Below, piece by piece: positions 55,926-64,000 of a stretch of DNA of 64,000 bases (its first letter is position 1; the number at the start of each line of letters is the position of its first letter). A program made the position numbers and the translations under genes. Under the pieces are notes generated by a model. The model was not told where the DNA came from and ran no database searches. It was given only the letters and a program-made list of their open reading frames with translations. This DNA is from Rhodospirillales bacterium (GTDB lineage Bacteria > Pseudomonadota > Alphaproteobacteria > Rhodospirillales > UBA2165): the NCBI GenBank assembly GCA_028345065.1, contig JAOMCN010000002.1, positions 13,044 to 77,043 on the forward strand, in the 5' to 3' direction.

Positions 55926-56903
55926 CTATAAAGCAAATATATTTTCCGCGGCTTTACCCAGAACCTTAACCGCCTGATCTGACGGCAAAGCCCCGGCCAA
56001 ACTCTTCAATACCGGAATATCCGCCGCATGGGGATAGTCAGTACCGAACAAAACACGGTCTGCGCCGGCAAGATTAATCAAGGATTGCAGGCCGTCTCCC
56101 TGATAAATGATCGAATCGTAATAAATTCGCTCAAGATAAGTGCTCGGAAGGTTTGTAATCTGTTTCTCGGAATCAGTCTTTTCAAAAAAAAGGTCCATTC
56201 GCTTCGATACATAAGGTAGATACCCTCCGGCATGCGAAGCGATGACCTTAATGTCAGAATACCGGTCAAAAAAGCCATCCATAATCATACGGGCTATCGC
56301 GAGTGTGGTATCAAACATAAACCCAACCGGCCCCAATAAACTGTGGGTTCCAAGATCCATTCTCTCCGAACCAGGCGGCACGGTAGGGTGAATTAGAACC
56401 GGCATACCACGTCTCTCGACATCTGCCCAGATAGGATCGAATTTAGGATCGTTTAAAAATTTTCCCCGGACATTGGCGAGGGTCATGACACCGACGGCGC
56501 CGAGTTGGAACGCACGCTCCAGCTCCCGGACCGCCTTTTCAGGAAATTCCCAGGGTAAAGTCGCGAAAAAGCGGATGCGGTCGGGGTAGTATCTCTGGGC
56601 CGCTGCCATGTCGTCATTCATAATGCGTGCGCATTCCGTGCTAATTTCTTCCGTGCCCCAAAATGCATTGGGAGATGTCAGGGAAACGACAGATACATCG
56701 ATGGCCTCGGCGTCCATATCTCTGATACGTTGCTCGTAATCGAACATCGCCTTGTGAAATGCCATAGATGGCGTTCCAAACTCGACAAGAAATTCTCCAC
56801 CTTTTGCATTTTTTCCAATTTCAAGTTCAGGTCTACCCCTCTCCCTTACAAGTTTAAGCCAGTTATCTGAAAGAGAGTGGGTATGAATATCAATCACAGG
56901 CAT
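55926..56903 (-). CDS. Amidohydrolase-2 family (ACMSD-like) protein
   Basis: IDIHTH, IHP, SHAGGYLP, YYDS, LFGTDYPH. Start MPVID preferred over the track start at 57029. Confidence 0.88.
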   Translation of the reverse strand: MPVIDIHTHSLSDNWLKLVRERGRPELEIGKNAKGGEFLVEFGTPSMAFHKAMFDYEQRIRDMDAEAIDVSVVSLTSPNAFWGTEEISTECARIMNDDMAAAQRYYPDRIRFFATLPWEFPEKAVRELERAFQLGAVGVMTLANVRGKFLNDPKFDPIWADVERRGMPVLIHPTVPPGSERMDLGTHSLLGPVGFMFDTTLAIARMIMDGFFDRYSDIKVIASHAGGYLPYVSKRMDLFFEKTDSEKQITNLPSTYLERIYYDSIIYQGDGLQSLINLAGADRVLFGTDYPHAADIPVLKSLAGALPSDQAVKVLGKAAENIFAL

Positions 56904-57237
56904 TTTTCTTTTCCTCTGAAATAAGGCGCAATTCCCCACTCCCAAGGCTTTTATAGCCAGTGCGGTCGCTAGGTGTTTTAAATAAATGAAATCTCCCTCG
57001 CGCCCCAGGGAACGTAACCACTTTAGCAATTATAGAGAAGTTTAGGGAGCGAGCAATAGGAGGGTATTTGGTTCAGCACCTGCAAACAAGACGAAATACC
57101 AATTCTTCAAAATCATCATAGAATATCCCCAACAAATACGGTTCATGAAACCAACAACATACTAAATATAGTAATTTTATCCATTCTTTAACGAATTCCA
57201 TTGCAGAATCCGCACTGAAATTACAATAATTAGGAGT

Positions 57238-58539
57238 TTGGTGATGGGTCAGATAAGGCGGCATATGGTCGCTATAATAACACTGGCCATATCGGCCTTT
57301 TTGGCATGTATTCCGTTAGGAACTGGAGCGCTTGGCACGGAAATAGCTGCCCGGCAATCTACCAAATCAATTGTTACGAACGTACGGGTAGGAGCACACA
57401 CCGATAAGACCCGCGTTGTATTAGACATAAGCAAACCCACGGACCTTCACTATGATGTTTCGGACAATGGAAAAGCTGTTTTCATTCAATTGCCTGGTAT
57501 CGAGTGGTCTGCCTCCTCCTTTGAACCTCGGCATTCCAAGGGCAGCGTTTTGGAATTCCGTTATTCACCGTTGGCTTCGGGAGGAAGCTTTAATATCCTG
57601 ACCGATCAACCGGTAAGTATCGCAAAGCCTTTTATGGTAGAACCAGGCGGAGGACGTGGTCACCGTATCGTAATCGACCTTATTCCTTCAAATCTATCGA
57701 ACCCAGTTGCCAAAAAAGAAATTTTCCCCAGAGAAATAATACAAAACGCTAATTTTTCTACTTCGAATCCGGCACTGGGTTCTGGAGAGATGATAGCGGG
57801 TCTAGCCAACATTGGCGCGACAAGTGAAGATCCGCCTGTAATCAAGGTAGTGCTTCCCAATGCCACTAGGGAACACAAAGAAGTTGCACAAGCTCAACAA
57901 AATAACCCTTTCCTCAATCCCCTCATACAGGAACGTCAGAGCGGTTTCCTGGGCTATCAAAACATTTATTTTAAGGGTGGCGCCGGAATTAACAGTTTGC
58001 CGGAGGTAGTCACCACCGGTTCATCGGGCAATGACAACACAATGGAGTTCGATCCCGGTTTTGCCTTATCCGGGGGGATAGGTGTTGATCTCGAGAATGA
58101 TTTCCGTCTCGAAGGGGAAGTTATTTGGGCCTCCTTCAACACTCTTGACCAATTAGTCGGTACCGCGAATGGAACTCAATTCAACTCGACCAGCACGGAA
58201 GGCTCCATATCCTCGCTCGCATTTATGGCCAATGCAGCTTACGATTTCTCCAACCAGGGGTCGTATATTCCATTTGTATATGGAGGAGTTGGTATGGCCG
58301 GCGTCTTCATGAATGACCTGAAGGTGGAAGGAACTCTTATCGCTGACAGTAAAGATTGGGTGTTTGCCATGCAAACGGGCGGGGGAATATCCGTCCCAAT
58401 TGATCCCGGTACTACGCTGGAAGCCAGTTACAGGTATTTCCAAACAAGAGACCCGGAATTCGGGGATGAACGAGCTCAACCTTTCACATCGACACTCTCC
58501 AGCCACAGTATGATGATAGGTGCCCGATTAAAATTCTGA
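57238..58539 (+). CDS. AMIN-domain / outer-membrane beta-barrel fusion
   Basis: Signal peptide; VRVG.H..KTRVVLD...RIVIDL (AMIN); FRLEGE, MANAAYDF, PFVYGGVG, YRYF, terminal Phe. Confidence 0.75.
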   Translation: MVMGQIRRHMVAIITLAISAFLACIPLGTGALGTEIAARQSTKSIVTNVRVGAHTDKTRVVLDISKPTDLHYDVSDNGKAVFIQLPGIEWSASSFEPRHSKGSVLEFRYSPLASGGSFNILTDQPVSIAKPFMVEPGGGRGHRIVIDLIPSNLSNPVAKKEIFPREIIQNANFSTSNPALGSGEMIAGLANIGATSEDPPVIKVVLPNATREHKEVAQAQQNNPFLNPLIQERQSGFLGYQNIYFKGGAGINSLPEVVTTGSSGNDNTMEFDPGFALSGGIGVDLENDFRLEGEVIWASFNTLDQLVGTANGTQFNSTSTEGSISSLAFMANAAYDFSNQGSYIPFVYGGVGMAGVFMNDLKVEGTLIADSKDWVFAMQTGGGISVPIDPGTTLEASYRYFQTRDPEFGDERAQPFTSTLSSHSMMIGARLKF

Positions 58540-58658
58540 TTTCAATTTTGGATTGTTTGACCCTATATTCACTGGCGTGACAGTTTGAAACGCACCTGCT
58601 AACTCTTATACTATCACAAAAGAGCAAACAGCCACGGCCCACCTACTTCGGAAAATTT

Positions 58659-59588
58659 ATGATAAACCCAGGCGGCGCTCAGCATCCAGTGCCATCGTTT
58701 CTTTTGGCGGCGGGTCTTACCGTATTGAGTGGATTGTTTTTCACGCTCTCTCACGGGATCATTCGCCATATAGGCGGATTTGGAATATCACTTCATCCCT
58801 TTGAGATTGCATTTTTCTCTAATTTTTTTTCCGCATTATTTTACATTCCTTTTCTATTAAGGCGCGGAACGCAAATACTTCATACAAGCAAACTTTTGAT
58901 ACACATTATTAGAGCGTTTTTTAACGCGGCATCTCTTACAACATTTTACGTGGCCTTGGCATATACTCCTCTTGCTGATGTAACTGCATTAGCGTTGGCT
59001 GGACCACTATTTGTGACGGTCGGTGCACTATTCTTTCTCGGAGAGATAATTCGGGCACGACGATGGATTGCACTGTCGTTTGGTGCATTCGGAGCCCTCA
59101 TTATTATTCGCCCCGGCCTCGAAGGAATTAGCATTGGTTTTTTGTTCGTCATCCTCTCTCAAATTTGCGCTGCAGGATCAAAGCTATTCGCCAAACACCT
59201 TACCCGAAGCGATAGTGCCATAACATGCAGTGCTTACGTTGCAATTCTCCAAACACCGATTACTTTGATAACGGCGCTTTTTGTTTGGGTAACACCGTCA
59301 ATAGAGCAACTCTTCTGGCTAGCGGCAATCGGAATATTAGTGGCAATGGCCCATATTTCTATGGTTCAGGCCTTTAAATTTGCCGATGTCAGCGCTATGG
59401 AACCGTTCCACTTTCTACGCCTGATTTGGGCAGCAGCGATTGGGCTCGTAGTTTTTGGCGAACTTCCTGGCTTATGGACTTGGGGAGGTGGATTAATCAT
59501 TGTAGCTTCATCTAGTTATATCGCTCGCCGAGAGGCTAGATCAAATAATTCAACTATAGCTTTACCTCCCGCACTAGGGGGCACTTAA
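58659..59588 (+). CDS. DMT/EamA family transporter
   Basis: About 10 TM helices; PLFVT..A..FLGE...RRW, FGELP. Confidence 0.88.
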   Translation: MINPGGAQHPVPSFLLAAGLTVLSGLFFTLSHGIIRHIGGFGISLHPFEIAFFSNFFSALFYIPFLLRRGTQILHTSKLLIHIIRAFFNAASLTTFYVALAYTPLADVTALALAGPLFVTVGALFFLGEIIRARRWIALSFGAFGALIIIRPGLEGISIGFLFVILSQICAAGSKLFAKHLTRSDSAITCSAYVAILQTPITLITALFVWVTPSIEQLFWLAAIGILVAMAHISMVQAFKFADVSAMEPFHFLRLIWAAAIGLVVFGELPGLWTWGGGLIIVASSSYIARREARSNNSTIALPPALGGT

Positions 59589-59695
59589 AAATTATTAGTT
59601 GATGACATTAAAGTATTTTCTTCTGGCCACTTATGAGATCAAAAGGCTAGTCTATTCACACGGTTTTCAAAAAATCCACTCGGTGAACCAATAAG

Positions 59696-60715
59696 ATGAC
59701 AGAAACGGGAAAGATCAACGGACACCGGCCTAGCGGTCTGCTACATCTTCTGGATCCATCATTGAAATTGGCACCCCATCCCCAGCAGGATCAAGTAGAC
59801 TTTGATCTTGAATCGGGTCTATCTGCCGTAGTCCGACTGTCGTCTAACGTGTCGGAAGAAGCCTTCAGCGCCCGGGTGCTTGGCACAGAACGTGAAGGTA
59901 ACGCTATTCTTTTGGGAAAAGACAATATTCTTGTTACTATCGGCTATTTGGTGGTGGATGCGCATACCATCACCCTACAAGCAAAAGGAGGGAAAAAAGT
60001 CCAAGCGGAAATTATAGGGTACAACCATGAATCAGGCTTGGCATTAATCCATACTCTTTCTGGTCTAGATATCCCCTTCATAAAGCAGGGTACTGCAGAT
60101 GATTTAGAAGAAAATGAACCAGTAATAATAGCACCTTACGGTGGAGTTGATCATGCTATTAGTGCGTGTGTTGTATCACGTCGAGAATTTGCCGGTTCTT
60201 GGGAATATCTTCTCGATCGTGCTATTTTCACATCCCCGATCCATCCCAATTGGAGCGGCGCAGCTTTAATACGACGAGATGGCACATTATGCGGCGTCGG
60301 GTCACTATGGATTAATGACGCAGAGGAGGGAAAAAGCGATAGCCCGGGAAATTTGTTTGTTCCAATCGACCTTCTTGAACCTATCTACGATGATATGGTG
60401 AGCTCCGGATTGGCTCAAGGACCCTATCGGCCATGGCTCGGGATGTACACCGCAGAAGCGATGAACAGCTTATTTGTTTCCGGCGTAATTCCGGACGCTC
60501 CAGCGGATTTAGCCGGTGTTGAGGTTGGCGACGTTATTGCTGGATTGGAAGATGAACCCATCAACTCCTTATCAGGTATGTATCGGAAACTTTGGTCTTT
60601 GGGAAATGCTGGCGTCACAGTCATGCTTAATATAAAACGCGACGGTGAGGATATGGATGTATCTGTAAAATCGGATAGCCGCTATAACCTGATGTCAAAA
60701 CGCAGCAACCATTAA
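59696..60715 (+). CDS. S1C trypsin-like protease-family protein with PDZ domain
   Basis: LGTEREG, TIGYL, REFAGSWEYLL, HPNWSGAAL, RPWLG, PADLAG. Confidence 0.8.
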   Translation: MTETGKINGHRPSGLLHLLDPSLKLAPHPQQDQVDFDLESGLSAVVRLSSNVSEEAFSARVLGTEREGNAILLGKDNILVTIGYLVVDAHTITLQAKGGKKVQAEIIGYNHESGLALIHTLSGLDIPFIKQGTADDLEENEPVIIAPYGGVDHAISACVVSRREFAGSWEYLLDRAIFTSPIHPNWSGAALIRRDGTLCGVGSLWINDAEEGKSDSPGNLFVPIDLLEPIYDDMVSSGLAQGPYRPWLGMYTAEAMNSLFVSGVIPDAPADLAGVEVGDVIAGLEDEPINSLSGMYRKLWSLGNAGVTVMLNIKRDGEDMDVSVKSDSRYNLMSKRSNH

Positions 60716-60802
60716 ATCTAATATTAAGCTGGATAAGCGTCTAACGAAGTAGTATCGCTTCGCCACAATTGTCTAATAATTTTCACCAGATTAAATTTTG
60801 AA

Positions 60803-62407
60803 ATGTCCCCACTTGGCGAGCAGATATCAAAGCGGCGTACCTTCGCAATTATTTCTCATCCCGACGCCGGTAAGACGACACTGACGGAGAAACTTTTACT
60901 ATTCGGGGGAGCAATCCAGTTGGCGGGTGCAGTAAAAGCACGCGGCAAGGCCCGTCGTGCCCACTCCGATTGGATGAAGGTAGAAAGGGAACGAGGCATC
61001 TCTGTTGCCTCCTCCGTGATGACGTATGAATATGATGGATACACATTCAACTTGCTTGATACTCCTGGACACGAAGATTTCAGCGAGGATACGTATCGCA
61101 CATTAACCGCGGTTGACTCTGCCGTAATGGTAATAGACGCGGCAAAGGGTATCGAAAGCCAAACCTTAAAATTATTCGAAGTCTGTCGATTGCGGGATGT
61201 CCCAATTATAACTTTTATCAACAAAATGGATAGAGAGAGCCGTGATCCTTTTGATCTTCTTGATGAGATTGAACAAACCCTAGCCCTCGACGTAACTCCG
61301 GCAAGCTGGCCCATAGGTATGGGACGAGAATTTAAGGGTTGTTACGACGTCCTAGGCAGGCGATTGCTTCTGATGCCTAAGGGACATGCCAGTGGTGCTT
61401 TGGAACAGAACGATGGTGAAGTCAAAGAGTTCAATGGCTTAAATGATAGCAAACTGGATGTCATGCTCCCCCATGGCTTTAGCGATAAGCTAAGAGAAGA
61501 AGTGGAAATGATTAAAGGCCTCTGCCCAGAATTTAGCATTGCCCCATATAGGGAGGGACATTTGAGCCCGGTATTTTTTGGAAGCGCCATAAATAATTTT
61601 GGTGTCCTGGAATTACTGGAAGGGCTGGCCAAGTTGGCACCATCGCCAGGAGCCCAATCAGCCGAGACACGGGAGGTTCAGCCAGAAGAGGAAAAAGTCA
61701 CTGGTTTTGTTTTCAAGATCCAAGCTAATATGGACCCTAGACACCGTGACCGGATTGCTTTTTTTAGACTTTCATCGGGCCATTTCAAGAAAGGCATGAA
61801 ACTTTATCATGTCCGAAGCGGCAAACCAATCAACCTGCACAATCCCGTGTTGTTTTTAGCCCAAGATAGGGAAACGGCAAATGAAGCGTGGCCCGGGGAT
61901 ATAATAGGGATCCCTAATCATGGCAATCTGCGCATCGGTGATACGTTAACTCAAGGAGAGAGAATCCAATTCGCTGGGATTCCTATTTTTGCACCGGAAC
62001 TCCTTCAGTCTGTCCGCCCGGAGGATCCGATGCGCGCCAAACACCTTGGCCGAGCGCTGCAACAGATGGCCGAGGAGGGAGCAGCCCGTGTCTTTAAACC
62101 AAGATCTGGAGCAGATTGGATTGTTGGAGTTGTAGGCTCTTTGCAGTTTGATGTACTGGCCGATAGAATCCGAACAGAGTATGAAGTCCCGGTTATTTTT
62201 GAGGGAACGTCTTTATATACAGCACGATGGGTGGAAGCGGATGACAATTTAACACTAAAAAGGTTCATTGACGACAACAGCACCACAATAGCCGAAGACC
62301 ATGACCGATCGCCAGTGTTTCTGGCGCGAAATGCCTGGCACCTGGATAAGGCAACGGAAGAATGGCCCGATATCCGGTTTCTTAAAACTAAAGAGCAAAC
62401 AAATTAG
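60803..62407 (+). CDS. prfC: Peptide chain release factor 3
   Basis: RRTFAIISHPDAGKTTLTEK, SDWM, DTPGHEDFSEDTYR, FKIQANMDPRHRDRIAF. Confidence 0.97.
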   Translation: MSPLGEQISKRRTFAIISHPDAGKTTLTEKLLLFGGAIQLAGAVKARGKARRAHSDWMKVERERGISVASSVMTYEYDGYTFNLLDTPGHEDFSEDTYRTLTAVDSAVMVIDAAKGIESQTLKLFEVCRLRDVPIITFINKMDRESRDPFDLLDEIEQTLALDVTPASWPIGMGREFKGCYDVLGRRLLLMPKGHASGALEQNDGEVKEFNGLNDSKLDVMLPHGFSDKLREEVEMIKGLCPEFSIAPYREGHLSPVFFGSAINNFGVLELLEGLAKLAPSPGAQSAETREVQPEEEKVTGFVFKIQANMDPRHRDRIAFFRLSSGHFKKGMKLYHVRSGKPINLHNPVLFLAQDRETANEAWPGDIIGIPNHGNLRIGDTLTQGERIQFAGIPIFAPELLQSVRPEDPMRAKHLGRALQQMAEEGAARVFKPRSGADWIVGVVGSLQFDVLADRIRTEYEVPVIFEGTSLYTARWVEADDNLTLKRFIDDNSTTIAEDHDRSPVFLARNAWHLDKATEEWPDIRFLKTKEQTN

Positions 62408-62479
62408 GAAAACTAAACAACCAAATAAAAACATATCAAAAACTGCACCAGCTGGACGAGTTTAGAAACCTGGAGATCA

Positions 62480-62890
62480 ATGTTGCCTTTCATTTTGGAC
62501 GACCGCCTTGTCAAGGATACAATACACCTTCTGGAATTACCTTTGTGTCGTTTTCTTTTAATGAATGATAGACGTTTTCCATGGTTGATACTCGTTCCGC
62601 GGTACAATGACTTGTCAGAAATTCACGATCTGGGTGACAAGGATCAAACTACACTAATTTCCGAGGTCACAGTTGCAACACGGGCCCTTGAAAAACTCTT
62701 CCAACCGGAAAAGATTAATGTCGCGGCGCTTGGAAATATGGTTTCGCAACTCCATGTTCATGTCATTGCCAGGTTCGAGGAGGACGAGGCGTGGCCCAAT
62801 CCAGTTTGGGGTATCGGCAAAAGCGAAAGTTATTCAAGAAACGAAAGAAAACGCTTAGTCAATCAACTAACCACCACGCTATCGGTTTGA
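62480..62890 (+). CDS. HIT family protein
   Basis: PWLILVP, KINVAALGNMVSQLHVHVIAR, AWPNPVWG. Confidence 0.9.
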   Translation: MLPFILDDRLVKDTIHLLELPLCRFLLMNDRRFPWLILVPRYNDLSEIHDLGDKDQTTLISEVTVATRALEKLFQPEKINVAALGNMVSQLHVHVIARFEEDEAWPNPVWGIGKSESYSRNERKRLVNQLTTTLSV

Positions 62891-62891
62891 T

Positions 62892-64000
62892 TCATTCAAA
62901 AATAATTACAGATTGGTTTTCCGAATATAACTTATCAATCAGGTCTGCACGACGAGCTAAGACAGCTCGTTGGTTAAGATACCCTTTATCGGTGATCTCT
63001 CCAGCGTCGATACTGGGGGGTTCCTCCATCATGAGAGCTCTGGAAATGCGGGTACTACTAGCGGGATTATCAATGTTGTAGTTCTTTATAGCTGCCTTTA
63101 GTGGATTCTGAACATCTCCCATTTGAATTAATTCCGCCAGAGAAACTTCTTGTTTTAAACTGCGACATAACATTCGGCACCCGGCTACATTTGGAAAAAT
63201 CAAAAGACCTAGTGCCTCTCGATCATGTCCAGTAATGACGGCATCCTGAATAATATTTGGAGCGACTGAGACAACTTCAGTCCTTAAACCACCAACAAAC
63301 ACCCATGTACCGGAAGATAATTTAAAATTCTCGGACACCCGCCCATCAAATATAATACCCTTTTTGGGGTCATTTCGATCTTCAAACCTGGCTGCATCTC
63401 CAATACAGTAAAACCCGTCTTCATCAAATGCATCCTCTGTTAGGTCGTCCCTTTTCCAATAACCGGGAGTGACATTTGGGCCGCGAACTCTAATTTCCAG
63501 TTTTTCCTCATTGGGAACAAGCTTGAGTTCGGTTCCAGGAATGGGCAGCCCTATAACGCCGGCCTTTTGAATAGGCCAATATACCTGTGTACAATCAGGT
63601 GCCGTCTCGGTCGCGCCCCAACCGGCTAACATCATCACGCGCTTGCCAATAACTGATTCTGACTGCTGTTCCAACCTTTCCCAAGCGTTCTGGGTGAGGG
63701 CTGCAGCGGCATAAAACAATATATCCATATCACCAAAAAAAGACTGACGAAGTTCCTCATCTTTCTCTAAATAGGGTAGAAGCATGTCATAGCCCCGAGG
63801 GACATTGTAATAGATTGTAGGTGATATTTCCTTCAGGTTAGCTACCGTCTGCTCAATCAAACCAGCTGCAGGCTTTCCACTGTCCACGTAGATCGTACCA
63901 CCATTACACAGCATCATGTTAAGATTATGATTACCTCCGAAGGTGTGGTTCCAGGGAAGCCAATCTACCGTTAACGGAGGTCGTTCTTTCAAGAAGGTCC
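62892..64000 (-). CDS. Feruloyl-CoA synthase-like acyl-CoA ligase (5' end outside the window)
   Basis: DWLPWNHTFGGN, NVPRGY, GWGATETAP, GPNVTPGYW, FDGRVSENFKL, EITDKGYLNQ. Confidence 0.85.
   Translation of the reverse strand, partial: TFLKERPPLTVDWLPWNHTFGGNHNLNMMLCNGGTIYVDSGKPAAGLIEQTVANLKEISPTIYYNVPRGYDMLLPYLEKDEELRQSFFGDMDILFYAAAALTQNAWERLEQQSESVIGKRVMMLAGWGATETAPDCTQVYWPIQKAGVIGLPIPGTELKLVPNEEKLEIRVRGPNVTPGYWKRDDLTEDAFDEDGFYCIGDAARFEDRNDPKKGIIFDGRVSENFKLSSGTWVFVGGLRTEVVSVAPNIIQDAVITGHDREALGLLIFPNVAGCRMLCRSLKQEVSLAELIQMGDVQNPLKAAIKNYNIDNPASSTRISRALMMEEPPSIDAGEITDKGYLNQRAVLARRADLIDKLYSENQSVIIFE

Noticed and set aside
2547-63081. Numerous short antisense or alternative-frame ORFs in the track
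   Set aside because: They shadow well-supported genes and show no recognisable motifs.

Overview
This is a bacterial window, probably from an alphaproteobacterium (inferred from the gene repertoire and the CCUCCC-type sRNA motifs). About 1-48.6 kb is an accessory or defence-island-like region with no integrase or tRNA visible. About 48.7-64 kb is ordinary housekeeping and metabolic genes (oxidoreductases, TPP enzyme, amidohydrolase, prfC, HIT, acyl-CoA synthetase). The centre of the island is a Dpd-type 7-deazaguanine DNA-modification/restriction cluster (13.9-41.6 kb): VUT/YhhQ transporter | dpdC-like, DGQHR, dpdA, dpdB, queC, dpdEFGHIJKD, an extra UvrD-like helicase and an unknown gene. Its unusual traits are two DGQHR proteins, tandem DnaA boxes in its promoter region, and a homologous C-terminal tag shared by DpdE and the extra helicase. 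Upstream lies a candidate new defence/signalling module (6.5-13.9 kb): PP2C + (DUF5710)x2-kinase | Zn-ribbon-RecD2 + GIY-YIG + Sel1x11-Schlafen/AlbA_2, the last with one in-frame stop. Non-coding signals include four copies of a GACC-N5-KGTCAC-N10-(-10) promoter motif resembling WYL-activator (PafBC/DriD) promoters, two of them followed by SAM-V-like riboswitch sequences in front of non-metabolic genes, and CCUCCC-loop sRNA candidates around an unannotated 53-aa ORF. All family assignments come from motif recognition by eye; no searches were run.
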